The notes under the pieces are model-generated. The model was given only the letters and a program-made list of their open reading frames with translations. It was not told where the DNA came from and did not search any database. A DNA stretch of 61,677 nucleotides from the NCBI GenBank assembly GCA_021801925.1, contig JAKABH010000004.1, positions 1 through 61,677 of the forward strand, given 5' to 3'. The position numbers and the translations under genes are program-made. This stretch comes from Thermoplasmata archaeon. Its GTDB lineage: Archaea > Thermoplasmatota > Thermoplasmata > Lutacidiplasmatales > UBA184. Positions 8,901-17,908 of this stretch are shown in pieces; position 1 is the first letter of the stretch; every line of letters starts with the position of its first letter.

Positions 8901-10550
8901 CAGAACTGGGCGGGCGCCGCCACCGCCTACCAGCATGCGCTCGCCCTCGCCCCGGGGTCGGCGCCGACGCTGCTCCGGGCGGGGTTCGTCGCCGAGCGGC
9001 TCGAGCATCCGCACGAGGCGCTCGCCTTCTACGAGCGGGCGACGGAATGCGAGCCGCAGAACCCGCAGGCGTGGACGAGCCGCGGGCTCGCCGAGCTGGC
9101 GACCGGCCGGCCGGCCGACGCCGGAACGTCGTTCGATCGCGCCCTCGCCCTCGATTCCGACTTCGCCGCGGCGAAGGAGGGACGCAAGCTCGCCGTCGAG
9201 AAGACCCGGGACCAGCAGGTGCAGCGGTACGGGCGGGAGGCGCTCCTGCTCGAGGCCCGTCTCAACCGGCCGGTGACGAAGAACGACCTGTTCGTGACGC
9301 TCCACGTCCCGTTCGAGTTCCTGGAGCCGGTCCTGTCGGCGATCGGCCGGAGCCCGCCGATCGCCCTCGACCGCCTCTCCGCCGAGGAGGTCCGCGAGCT
9401 CGAGAACGGATCGTACCAGCTCATCGCCGCCGCGCTCGAGCGGCGCCCGCCGGGGATCGAGCACCGAGGCCTCACGCTCGCCGACGTCGCCGTCCTTTCG
9501 CCGCCGACCGCCACCCTCGAGCAGCTCCAGCGCCTCTTCGGCTATCTGCGCGCCGTGCTCGAGGCCGACCTGCGGCCGGAGAACCTGGAGCTCGCCCCCG
9601 ATGTCGAGGAGCTCGCCCGGCGGGCGCTGGTCCTCCCGGCCGCGCAGCGGACGCTCTTCCAGCTGGTGCGGACGCTGCGTGTCGGGATCTACAAGGCGCG
9701 GCTCATCAAGGTCGTCGAGGAAGCCGGCGCCACGATCCGCGCCCCCCTCCCGACGCTCGACCTCGCCGCCTACGGCCCCGAGTTCCGCGGGGGGCCCGGG
9801 GCCGCGCCTCCCGCGGGCGGCGCGAGTGCCCCCGACGACGGGGAGCGGTTCTTTGCGCCCGAGAACGTGCCGGCGACGGCCGCGGCCCGGCCGGTCCCGG
9901 GCCCGGCCCCGACCGGCCCCGGCCCGTCGGCCGCCCCCGCCGGCGTGGCGCGGTGTGTCGGCTGCGGAGGGATCGCCTCCGTCCGCCACGTCTGCGGTGC
10001 CCCCCTCTGCCAGCATTGCGCCGGCGAGTTCCCCCGCTGCCCAAAGTGCGGGGATCCGGTCGGACCGGCCTCGGTCGTACCCCTCGCCGGGGGGGCGGCC
10101 CGGCCCCCCGCCGGCGGTGCCCCGGCGCCGCCGGCGCGGGCCGTCGGGGGGGTGAAATCGTTCCTCGGCCGGGGGAAGGAGAAGGGCGGAGGGAAGGCGC
10201 CCCCGGCCCACGCCCCCGTCGCCCACGCTCCCCCCGCCCCGGCCCACGCTCCCATGGCCCACTCGCCCGCCGCCCCGGCCCCCTCACCGCCGCCCCGGAC
10301 CGGCGCTCTCCCCTCCTCCAGCGGCGGGGCAGCGTCCGCGAACCGGGCCGGCGTGCCGTCGGCGAAGCCCCCGATCCCGCCGTCGTCCGCCGGTCCGCGA
10401 CGGAACCCGCCGCCGGCCGCGGTGCCCCCGGGCGGGACCGACGCCAAGGCGCCCCGTCCCGGGGCGACGGCGGTTCCCGAGCCACCCGCTCCGCCTCCGT
10501 CGGCGCCCCGGCCCCGGCGGGAGAAGATCGACGACGAACCGCGCCTGTGA
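5901..10550 (+). CDS. Giant tetratricopeptide-repeat protein with C-terminal helical domain, Cys/His finger and Pro-rich tail
   Basis: Many TPR-like units (e.g. AWTSRGLAELATGRPADAGTSFDRALALDSD); Cys cluster CVGC..H.C..CQHC..CPKC; TTTAT about 30 nt upstream. Confidence 0.88.
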   Translation: MSSPASDGAAPSPPAARSLDDLRRGYREAASAEASPDREQYVSLLKRFLADAEARADALPPVGEEFGPMLDETAMAFYRAGLPALARRAVDLGLAADPGSVPLLHHKALVLLAQNDDLPEVVSLVDRALVASPHDRALWGTKGDALRLLERPREAVEAYLAAQQLDPDSTQYVDRALKVAPNDPTALRVKLDLARSSGGDAGALQAAEELLKGSPNDPELLGARARLLEGLGRPADALEALDAARANGFAESTDPALRIRLLFELGRDADGTVAARQLTEAAAPPSPAALAEIARRTAEKAPEVALRARERLAEAEPRNLQNLKELRALAVRLDQPEVALAACRTLLEVQPDHLEALAGVAELEAAGGRIDEAIAAYRTIGRLQPQAVAELRRGLELARREHRDAAVLEFATAILAAEPTDVAAQVELARARADSGDAAGALALYDALLAAHPGQLPYLLEKRQVLAQSRDPAQLAPVLDELFHLDPTRTDVAVERGNLYLGLAYDRPTGSDERERAARTALVAYERASGDAEAAPVAELGIARASRLVGDHDRAVRSYTAFLDRPENHSRPDVLKELGSTLLEVGRYGAALDVYLRAIRAGGDDPELRWGAVDALDHLNEGARALPILESLLKEEPENPLYLRRLGQVLLHLGRREEAMRALQRAVAGAGSDAHAYFEVAEALRAQGAYADAVDYFKRGLAVEPKSPHGRVALAETLTQTGQYTEAIQITDPLLKEDPNNVAGWKVRADAWRALGRPAEVLYSLQAILLLEPDHAPSLLEKYRLHHDAGETREAYEVLTRLLATAAPEAQDANLHLERGDLAARLGLTEEANRSYERAAEIDPTLRAEIAMRRARLRLTAGRPDLALEVLEPGAGDGPAAPPTTGLLLLRAEILTALERPSEARAVFEEVLGRDPKSPVALAGVGRTMLDEGRHAEAADYLRRALGKGPAHEPTYLLLAEAESGAGHLDRAEEALRQGTAALPKSTALWARLGEVGIARQNWAGAATAYQHALALAPGSAPTLLRAGFVAERLEHPHEALAFYERATECEPQNPQAWTSRGLAELATGRPADAGTSFDRALALDSDFAAAKEGRKLAVEKTRDQQVQRYGREALLLEARLNRPVTKNDLFVTLHVPFEFLEPVLSAIGRSPPIALDRLSAEEVRELENGSYQLIAAALERRPPGIEHRGLTLADVAVLSPPTATLEQLQRLFGYLRAVLEADLRPENLELAPDVEELARRALVLPAAQRTLFQLVRTLRVGIYKARLIKVVEEAGATIRAPLPTLDLAAYGPEFRGGPGAAPPAGGASAPDDGERFFAPENVPATAAARPVPGPAPTGPGPSAAPAGVARCVGCGGIASVRHVCGAPLCQHCAGEFPRCPKCGDPVGPASVVPLAGGAARPPAGGAPAPPARAVGGVKSFLGRGKEKGGGKAPPAHAPVAHAPPAPAHAPMAHSPAAPAPSPPPRTGALPSSSGGAASANRAGVPSAKPPIPPSSAGPRRNPPPAAVPPGGTDAKAPRPGATAVPEPPAPPPSAPRPRREKIDDEPRL

Positions 10551-10577
10551 AGCGCCCCTCCGCCCGCCCGCTCACCC

Positions 10578-10585
10578 TAATATAA
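10578..10585 (+). promoter_or_regulatory. TATA box of the 10614-14057 operon
   Basis: TAATATAA in GC-rich context, about 29 nt before ATG 10614. Confidence 0.6.
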
Positions 10586-10613
10586 GGGGGGTTTCCTTTT
10601 CGAGCGAGGGTAG

Positions 10614-11171
10614 ATGTCGACCGCGAATTCCGGGGGCGCCGGGGCCCGTCAGGGTGCGAGCGCCTACGTCATCACGGCGCTCTTGCTGGTCGCGGCCGCG
10701 CTCCTGTTCGTCGGCATCTATCTGGCGCTGCCGGCCGGACAGCACTTCGATGCGCTGCTCTGGATCGGCGCGCTTGCCCTCGTCTTCGCGCTGGCGAGCT
10801 ACCTGCTCGGCTCCGTCTCCCGCGACCCGGCCGCCCAACGGTCGGTCGCCTACGGGTTCATGGGGATGGGGTTCGCCACGCTCTTCCTCACGGTGGGGCT
10901 CGGACCGACCTACGGCGTCGAGAGCCAGCTCGGCGAGATCGAGGGACTCATTGTCCTCCTCCTCCTGGTCGTCGTCGCGGTCGCCGGCATCGCCTGGCGG
11001 GCCCGCAGCCGCGTCCAGGACCAGGCGCGCGAGGCCGAGCAGGTCGCCTGGCGCGACCAGGCGTCCGCGCCGTCCGCCTTCTCCTACGCGGCCGCGAACG
11101 GCCCGAACGTTCCGGCCCAGGTCCAGCCTCCTTCGCCGCCGGGCGGCGCCCCGCCCCCGCGGAGTCCCTAG
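10614..11171 (+). CDS. Hypothetical membrane protein (~4 TM helices)
   Basis: Four hydrophobic segments; first gene after a TATA box. Confidence 0.75.
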   Translation: MSTANSGGAGARQGASAYVITALLLVAAALLFVGIYLALPAGQHFDALLWIGALALVFALASYLLGSVSRDPAAQRSVAYGFMGMGFATLFLTVGLGPTYGVESQLGEIEGLIVLLLLVVVAVAGIAWRARSRVQDQAREAEQVAWRDQASAPSAFSYAAANGPNVPAQVQPPSPPGGAPPPRSP

Positions 11172-11172
11172 C

Positions 11173-11853
11173 ATGGCGACCGCCCCGATGACCCCCGGCG
11201 CCCCGCCCCCCGTGAACTGCCCGAAGTGCGGCCAACCGGTCCCCCCCGGCGCTCGCTTCTGCGCCGCCTGCGGCGCGTCGCTCGCCCCGGCCACGGCGCC
11301 GGCCGCCCCCGGCGCCGCCCCGGTCGACCTCCGACAATCGGTCGACCAGAGCCGCGGCACGCTGAAGCGGCTCCAGCTGCTCGTCCCGGGGTTCCGGGCC
11401 TATCGACAGGGCGAGGACCTCCGGGCGGCCGACAGCCTGCTCCGCCGCCAGGTCGCCGACACGCTTCGTTCCGCGCGGGCGACCCTCGAGAACGCGCGCA
11501 GCGCGCTCGTCGGGGCGGGCCAGTTCGCGGCGCTCACCGACCTCGCCCCCCTGCTCGCCGACCTGCAGCGGCTCGAGGGGGAGATCCGCCACGCCGAGCA
11601 GGGCTACTCGGGGATCTCCCCGACGCTCCGCATCAATCCCCAGCAGCTCGACCGGCTCTACGAGTACGACTTCGGTTTTGCCCAGGCGGGCGATCGGCTC
11701 GCCCAGACCGTGGCGCCGCTCCCGACCGCGGCGGTGACGCCCGGGGCGCCGGGGGTGGCGACGATCGTCGCGACCGCCCGGACCGAGGTCGCCCAGCTCG
11801 AGACGGCGTTCAAGGCCCGACTCCAGGCGATCGAGGGGGTCCGGGTCGGCTGA
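11173..11853 (+). CDS. Zinc-ribbon plus helical-bundle protein
   Basis: ATG 1 nt after the upstream stop; CPKC..CAAC, then LQLLVPGFRAYRQGEDLRAAD..HAEQGYSG..LDRLYEYD. Confidence 0.8.
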   Translation: MATAPMTPGAPPPVNCPKCGQPVPPGARFCAACGASLAPATAPAAPGAAPVDLRQSVDQSRGTLKRLQLLVPGFRAYRQGEDLRAADSLLRRQVADTLRSARATLENARSALVGAGQFAALTDLAPLLADLQRLEGEIRHAEQGYSGISPTLRINPQQLDRLYEYDFGFAQAGDRLAQTVAPLPTAAVTPGAPGVATIVATARTEVAQLETAFKARLQAIEGVRVG

Positions 11854-11870
11854 TCCCGGGGTGACGTTCC

Positions 11871-13046
11871 ATGGTGACCAACAACCCGATCCCGCCGAAG
11901 GGCGGCAGTCTGCTCGGGGCGACGACGATCAACTGGGAGGACGTCTACAAGGGACCGAACGTGATGTGGCGCGTCCCCCGGAACATCCGGTGGGGCGACA
12001 ACATCGTCGTCCGGGAGGACGAGACGGCGGTCTTCTACCGGGACGGGAAGGTGCTCGCCTACCTCGACCGTCCCGACCGGTACGCCCTCACCTCGCTCAA
12101 CGCCCGCCTGGTCGGCGGCCTGGTCCAGGCGCTCTCGGGAGTCCGGCAGGAAGCGGAGGTCTACTATCTCCAGCGCCGCATCCTGGACGGCAAGTTCGGC
12201 TCGAGCGAGCCGTACGTCTTCCGGGACCCCGACTTCGGCCTCGTGAACCTCCGGGTCTTCGGCGCCTACCGCTGGCGGGTCGGCGCGCCGGACAACTTCA
12301 TCAACCAGTTCGTCGGGACGTTCGGCGCGGCGACGACCGCCGATGTCGAGGCCCGGCTCCGGGACCAGATGGTCCTGCTCGTCTACAACGTCCTCGGCAA
12401 GATGAAGGAGCAGGGGATGCGGGTCACCGACCTGGCCTCCAACCTCTCCACGATCGAGCAGGCCGTCCTCGGCTCCGCGCCCCAGCATTTCGGTCAGTTC
12501 GGCGTCGAGCTGAACCAGCTCCAGGGGCTGTCGATCAACCTCCCCGACGAGGTCCAGAAGGCGATCAACACCCGTTCGGAGATGGGCGTCCTCGGCGTCA
12601 ACTACATGCAGTACCAGGCCGGACAGGCGCTCACCACGGCGGCGGCGAACCCGTCCGGCGGGGCCGGGGCGACCGTCGGGGCGGGGGTCGGGCTCGGCGC
12701 CGGCCTCGGGATGGGCTACGGCATGGTCGGTCAGATGCAGGGGATGTACGCCCAGGGCGGCCCCTCGACCCCGTGCAGCCGCTGCGGGGCGCTGATCCCG
12801 GCCGGCGTCCGGTTCTGCCCGTCGTGCGGTGCCCCCGTCGGAGGGGCGCCGGCGGCGGGCCCGGCCGGCGGCGGGGGCACCCCGTGCCCGAAGTGCGGCC
12901 AGGTCGCCCCGCCGGGCACCAAATTCTGTCCGAACTGCGGCGCCTCGATGGCACCGCCGCCGCCCCGGCGCTGCCCGAAGTGCAACGCCGAGGTGGCGGG
13001 CGGGGCGAAGTTCTGCCCGAACTGCGGCGCGGCGGTCCCCCCGTAG
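11871..13046 (+). CDS. SPFH/Band-7 (YdjI-like) protein with three C-terminal zinc ribbons
   Basis: IVVREDETAVFYRDGK, FRDPDFGLVNLRVFGAY, INLPDEVQKAI, Gly-rich GAGVGLGAGLGMG, six CxxC motifs. Confidence 0.88.
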   Translation: MVTNNPIPPKGGSLLGATTINWEDVYKGPNVMWRVPRNIRWGDNIVVREDETAVFYRDGKVLAYLDRPDRYALTSLNARLVGGLVQALSGVRQEAEVYYLQRRILDGKFGSSEPYVFRDPDFGLVNLRVFGAYRWRVGAPDNFINQFVGTFGAATTADVEARLRDQMVLLVYNVLGKMKEQGMRVTDLASNLSTIEQAVLGSAPQHFGQFGVELNQLQGLSINLPDEVQKAINTRSEMGVLGVNYMQYQAGQALTTAAANPSGGAGATVGAGVGLGAGLGMGYGMVGQMQGMYAQGGPSTPCSRCGALIPAGVRFCPSCGAPVGGAPAAGPAGGGGTPCPKCGQVAPPGTKFCPNCGASMAPPPPRRCPKCNAEVAGGAKFCPNCGAAVPP

Positions 13047-13064
13047 GGGAGCCGGGAGCCCTCC

Positions 13065-14057
13065 ATGTTCTGCCCGAAGTGCGGCACGGCGCTCCCCGAC
13101 GGCGCGGCGTTCTGCCTCCGCTGCGGCGCCCCGATCCCCGGCGCCGCGCCCGGCGGCGGCTCCCCGGGGGGCGCGTCACCGCCCGCGGCCGCCGCGGCCG
13201 GTTCGTCGCCCGCCCCGACCGGCCCCCAATCGCTGAAGTGCCCCTCGTGCGGCGGCCCGCTCCACCCCGAATTCGGGGAGATGGTCATCACCTGCGACTA
13301 CTGCGGCAGCTCGGTAACCCTCGGCGGGAACGGCTGGAAGGAGATCAACAAGCACACGATGCTGCCGCTCAAGATCGCGGACGCGGCGGCGGCGCTCGCG
13401 GTGGTGCGCGCGCACGTCGACGCCGGGTTCTTCCACCGGAAGGACTTCGAGGAGTCGAAGGTGGGCGACCCCACGCTGCGGTTCGTCCCGTTCTGGATCG
13501 TGCCGACCTCCGCGTCGACGACGTACCAGTACCAGGCGGTCGCGACGACCGTCGGCGCCACCGTCGGCACGATCGCGGCGGCGGAGCTGCTCGGCTCGGC
13601 GCTCGGCGGCGAACGGGGCGGCGGCGGGTTCGTCGCGATGCCGATCCTCGCCGGTCCGGTGGTGAACCCCACGCGGTCGGAGACGATCTCGGGCCAGTTC
13701 GAGTATCCCGTGATCGCCGTGAAGTCGATGAACGCCTACCAGCCGAAGGATTACGCCTTCGGGCTCGGCGACCGGACGTTCTTCGACAAGAAGGCGATCC
13801 CCGGCGGCACGCCGGTGCTCAACGGGGACGTCGGCGAGGACGCCGCCCAGCACGCGGCGAAGGCGTTCGTCGAACAGCTCCAGTCGGAGACGGCGCACAA
13901 GAAGCACCACATGGTCTCGAAGCTCCAGACGAGCGTCGAGCTCTCGGAGGGCGAACTCCTCCACGCGCCGGTCTGGACGTTCGTCCTCGAGCGGAAGGGC
14001 CAGCGGACGACCGTGCTGGTCGACGCCCACCAGGGACGGGTCATCCAGACGTTCTAG
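13065..14057 (+). CDS. Zinc-ribbon domain protein (YdjG-like architecture)
   Basis: MFCPKC..CLRC, CPSC..CDYC, LRFVPFW, LLHAPVW, VLVDAHQG. Confidence 0.8.
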   Translation: MFCPKCGTALPDGAAFCLRCGAPIPGAAPGGGSPGGASPPAAAAAGSSPAPTGPQSLKCPSCGGPLHPEFGEMVITCDYCGSSVTLGGNGWKEINKHTMLPLKIADAAAALAVVRAHVDAGFFHRKDFEESKVGDPTLRFVPFWIVPTSASTTYQYQAVATTVGATVGTIAAAELLGSALGGERGGGGFVAMPILAGPVVNPTRSETISGQFEYPVIAVKSMNAYQPKDYAFGLGDRTFFDKKAIPGGTPVLNGDVGEDAAQHAAKAFVEQLQSETAHKKHHMVSKLQTSVELSEGELLHAPVWTFVLERKGQRTTVLVDAHQGRVIQTF

Positions 14058-14112
14058 GACCCCTCCGCCGGCCCGTACGGGTTTAAGAGCGGTGCGGCCA
14101 CTACGCGGAGGC

Positions 14113-17100
14113 ATGGGGTCCCCGACGGGGGCGGCGGCGATCGCGGTCGGGCTGCTCCTCGTGGTCGGGGCCGTGCTCGGGAGCGCCGCCGGCGTTGGGT
14201 CCGCCGCGCCGCCCACGCGCGCCGCCGCCCCGCGGGCGGCCGACCTGGGGCCGTCGAGCCTTGCCCGGGCGGAGCCCGGATCTTCCGCCCAGCCCCACCC
14301 ATACCTCGACGCGGGGCACGTGGCGCGCACGGTGTTCGTGAACTACAACGCCTCGATCCCGGGCGGCTTCGCGTCGACGGTCGCCGACTGGTACCTCGGG
14401 CCGGGCGCCTACGTCCCGTCGACCGGACGGCTCTGGCTTCCGAGCCTGGACGAACCTGTGGAGCAACCGATGCCGCCCTCGGCGCCCGCGGTGTTGTTCG
14501 ATCCGACGACCAACTCCTTCACCGGGGTCGTCCCGGCCCTCTCGAACGTCTCCGATCTCGTCTACGATCCGCAGAACGGCTTCCTCTACGCTGCCCAGCC
14601 GTTCACCGACTCCGTCGGCGTCTTCAACCCGTCGACCGGCACCTGGGCCGCGCCCCCGATCCCCGTGGGACACTACCCGTATCGGATGGTTTTGGATGCG
14701 CAGGCCGATTTGCTGTTCGTGGCGAATCTGCAGTCGGACAACATCACGGCGGTGAACACCAGTACGCAGAGCGTGTATGGGTCGGGTATCTCGCTGTTTG
14801 CCGCTCCCATTGACCTCGCCTACGACAATGCGAACAACTCGCTGTTCGTCGCCTATCTCAACAGCTCGTCGTTGTCTATCTTCAACGCCAGCACCTATGC
14901 GCTGCTGGCCGCGCCGGTCTTGCCTGGTGATGCTGGCGGAATCGCCATCGCATCTCAGGCAGATACTGTTGCGGTCTCAAGCCCCCTAAAAGGATCCCTC
15001 ACACTCCTGAACGCGAGCAGCTACCTTACGATTTTCGGATTCCTTTCTGTAGGAAAGGGTGTTGGTGCGGTAACCTCAGTCGATAGCGGCACCGAGTTCC
15101 TGCTCGCGAACAGCAGTGGATCCGACCTTCGAATCGTAAACGCTACGTCCGGCGCGGTTTCCTCCGCTTCGATAACCGTGGGACAGGGGCCGACCTCGTT
15201 CGACCGGATCGGGGGAACGACCTATGCTTGGGCGACCGGGAGCCATGTCCTAACCGCGGTCTGGTCCCTCAACGCTAGTCAGTCGACGCTTTCCCCCAGT
15301 TTGACCGCAGAGCCCACCGCGGTCGCATGGGACCCGTCGATCAACAGCACCGTTGTCGGCGATACGGATGGATCCTCCCTCTCGTTCGTCGCGGCCCAGA
15401 ACTTGACGCCGACCGCGGCCGCAATGGCGCTCCCCTCTGCCCCCGTGTCGTTGGCCCCGGTTCAGGGCAGTTCCGAACTGTTGGCGGGCCTCGTAAGGGG
15501 GTTGGCGGAAGTCAACCTCTCCACGAGATCGATCCTCAACATCTCGACCACGGGCGGCGCAGACCAGGCGGTGCTGTACGACCCGGCAACCGGGCTCGTT
15601 TGGACGCTCAACGCGGGGCAGGGCCTCTTGGCCTATCGCGTGTCGAACCTGAGCCTCGCCTTCTCGGTGGGGATCGGAGGTCTGTCGGGGATCGAGTCGA
15701 TGGCGCTCGACCCGACCACCGATCAGCTGTTCGTTCCGGTCAACGACTCCGGCGTGCCCTCGATCGCGATCGTGGACGCCGCGAACGGAACGGTCTCGAA
15801 CGGAGACGCGGCCTCCGTCCCCGGGGTGACATCGGTCGCCTTCGATCCGGCGGACAACACCGTCTACGCTCTCGGGGCGAACCTCTCCCTCCTCAACGCC
15901 ACGACCGGCCTCCCCTTGCCGCGGTCGATCCTCCTCGCGCCGCATGGGATCTCGGGGACGATCGTCTACGACTCGGCCCGGGAGGCGCTCTACGCCACCA
16001 CCTTCTCCTCCCCCGGGGAGGTGGGCACGGTGACCGCCATCGACGGGCGGTCCGTTCCGGCATCGTACAGCGGAGCGTCGACGATCCCGGTCGGGCAGAG
16101 CCCTAGCTCCTTGACGGTCGTCCCCGGTCCCGGGAACGCCACGGGCTCGGAGATATGGGTGGCGAACCTGCAGTCCGGCACGCTCTCGGTCATCGCCAAC
16201 TCGCCGCCCCGGATTCTTGGGTTCTCGGCCGCCTCCCCGGTGATCGACCTCGGCGAGCGGGCTTCCTTCACCGTGTCGGCCACGGGCGGCGCCGGCCCGT
16301 TGCGCTTTGCCTATTCCGGTCTCCCTCCGGGATGCAGCTCGGCCGATGCGCCCGTGCTCTCGTGCACTCCCTTGACGACCGGGGCGTTCAACGTGACTGT
16401 CGTGGTGACGGATTCCCTCGGTGGGAATGCCACCGCGGAGACCGCGTTCACCGTCGGGACCGCGCTGTCGGTGGTGGGAACGTTCGGGGTCCAGACGTTC
16501 CCCGTCGTCGATGTCGGCTACCCGTTCTCGATGCTGGCGGCGGGCCAGGGCGGTGTGGCCCCGTACACGTACGTTTGGTCGTTCGGGGACGGAACCAACG
16601 GGACGGGCGCGGGCTCCTCCCACCTCTACACCGCGGTCGGAGATTACGTGCTGACGGTCACGGTGACCGATTCCGTCCGGGCGACCGTCTCCGCCTCCTG
16701 GGCAGTGACGGTCGTCCCCGACCCGTCGATCGCGATCGCAAGCTCCGCCTCCACGACCGACGTCGGCGTCCCGATCTCCCTCGCGGCGGCGATCGCTGGC
16801 GGCAGCGGGTCGAACGACACCGGGTTCTGGGATTTCGGGGACGGCACCACCTCCACGGGGTTCGAGGTGACCCACGCGTGGGGGGCGCCGGGCGTGTACA
16901 ATGTCTCCGCCACCTACGTCGACGGGATGGGGGTGACCGCCCATGCCACCACGCAGGTGCGGGTCAACGCCGCACCGACCGGGGAGTTCTCCGTCAGCGG
17001 GGGCACCGTCCAGCAACCCGCGGTGCCGGGGACGGTCTTCTACTACAACGCGACGATCGTGAACGGCACGGCGCCGTTCGTCATCACCTGGAACTTCGGG

Positions 17101-17430
17101 GACGGTACGTTCGCCACCGGCCCGAGGATCCTCCACTCCTACTCCGCCGCCGGGACCTACTCGGTGAACGTCAGCATCCGAGACGCCGCAGGGGCGCTAG
17201 TGAACGGGACCCTCAGCGTGACGGTCGATTCGCCGGCGCCTCCCAGCTCCACGGGAAACGTCCCGGGTGTCGCGTTCGACCTGGGCCTCTTCCTGGGGGT
17301 CGTGCTCGGCGTGGCGACGGGCGCCGTCCTCGTCTTTGCCGCGGATCACCGCCGTCGACGGCCGCCCGCGGCTCCCCCGACGGCGACGGCGCCGCCCCCG
17401 GCGCGCCCCGCGTGGACCGAGGAGCCGTAG
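14113..17430 (+). CDS. Secreted, membrane-anchored surface protein: YVTN/YncE-like beta-propeller(s) plus PKD domains
   Basis: Signal peptide; repeats such as IPVGHYPYRMVLD and IPVGQSPSSL; PKD motifs WSFGDG, WDFGDG, WNFGDG; C-terminal TM followed by RRRR; many NxS/T sequons. Confidence 0.88.
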   Translation: MGSPTGAAAIAVGLLLVVGAVLGSAAGVGSAAPPTRAAAPRAADLGPSSLARAEPGSSAQPHPYLDAGHVARTVFVNYNASIPGGFASTVADWYLGPGAYVPSTGRLWLPSLDEPVEQPMPPSAPAVLFDPTTNSFTGVVPALSNVSDLVYDPQNGFLYAAQPFTDSVGVFNPSTGTWAAPPIPVGHYPYRMVLDAQADLLFVANLQSDNITAVNTSTQSVYGSGISLFAAPIDLAYDNANNSLFVAYLNSSSLSIFNASTYALLAAPVLPGDAGGIAIASQADTVAVSSPLKGSLTLLNASSYLTIFGFLSVGKGVGAVTSVDSGTEFLLANSSGSDLRIVNATSGAVSSASITVGQGPTSFDRIGGTTYAWATGSHVLTAVWSLNASQSTLSPSLTAEPTAVAWDPSINSTVVGDTDGSSLSFVAAQNLTPTAAAMALPSAPVSLAPVQGSSELLAGLVRGLAEVNLSTRSILNISTTGGADQAVLYDPATGLVWTLNAGQGLLAYRVSNLSLAFSVGIGGLSGIESMALDPTTDQLFVPVNDSGVPSIAIVDAANGTVSNGDAASVPGVTSVAFDPADNTVYALGANLSLLNATTGLPLPRSILLAPHGISGTIVYDSAREALYATTFSSPGEVGTVTAIDGRSVPASYSGASTIPVGQSPSSLTVVPGPGNATGSEIWVANLQSGTLSVIANSPPRILGFSAASPVIDLGERASFTVSATGGAGPLRFAYSGLPPGCSSADAPVLSCTPLTTGAFNVTVVVTDSLGGNATAETAFTVGTALSVVGTFGVQTFPVVDVGYPFSMLAAGQGGVAPYTYVWSFGDGTNGTGAGSSHLYTAVGDYVLTVTVTDSVRATVSASWAVTVVPDPSIAIASSASTTDVGVPISLAAAIAGGSGSNDTGFWDFGDGTTSTGFEVTHAWGAPGVYNVSATYVDGMGVTAHATTQVRVNAAPTGEFSVSGGTVQQPAVPGTVFYYNATIVNGTAPFVITWNFGDGTFATGPRILHSYSAAGTYSVNVSIRDAAGALVNGTLSVTVDSPAPPSSTGNVPGVAFDLGLFLGVVLGVATGAVLVFAADHRRRRPPAAPPTATAPPPARPAWTEEP

Positions 17431-17434
17431 GCTC

Positions 17435-17908
17435 CTACACGGGACCGCGGCCTCTCGGGCCCCGTCCGCCCCGGGAGAACGCATACCGGACCGGCACGCG
17501 ACGGGCCCGGTGCGTCCAGTAGTCGCACCGGGTGCAGCGCTGGCCGAGGACCACCAGCCCTCCGGTGAGGGTGCGGTTGCGGACCGGCTGCAGCGCTCCG
17601 CCGCACACCGGACACTCCTCGACGGGGCGGTCGTCGTCCCGCTCGGTGTAGCGGACGGAGAGGCGGACGCCGGGGGCATCGATCAGGAGGCGGCGGAGGC
17701 GGGCGCCCCCGAGCACGGCGAGCGGATCGTCCCGGCGGAGTTCCCGTTCGACCGCGGTGCGGAACGACGCCTGCGACGGATAGCTCGGGCGACCCGAGCG
17801 GAGCACCCGGCGGGCCGCGCGCCGCACCGCCGTCTCGTCCGGCACGCGGTACCGGACGGTCGGCGCGTCGTCAGCGGGCGGCGGCCCCTCGCCGGCCTTC
17901 TCGGGCAC
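17435..17908 (-). CDS. Hypothetical basic protein with C-terminal zinc ribbon
   Basis: GTG preceded by AGGAGGT; CPVC..CTRCDYWT; overlaps the 3' end of the upstream ATPase gene. Confidence 0.75.
   Translation of the reverse strand: MPEKAGEGPPPADDAPTVRYRVPDETAVRRAARRVLRSGRPSYPSQASFRTAVERELRRDDPLAVLGGARLRRLLIDAPGVRLSVRYTERDDDRPVEECPVCGGALQPVRNRTLTGGLVVLGQRCTRCDYWTHRARRVPVRYAFSRGGRGPRGRGPV

Noticed and set aside
10200-10280. Short repeated GCCCAC units (AHAP peptide repeats)
   Set aside because: These are degenerate coding repeats in a Pro-rich tail, not a CRISPR or regulatory array.
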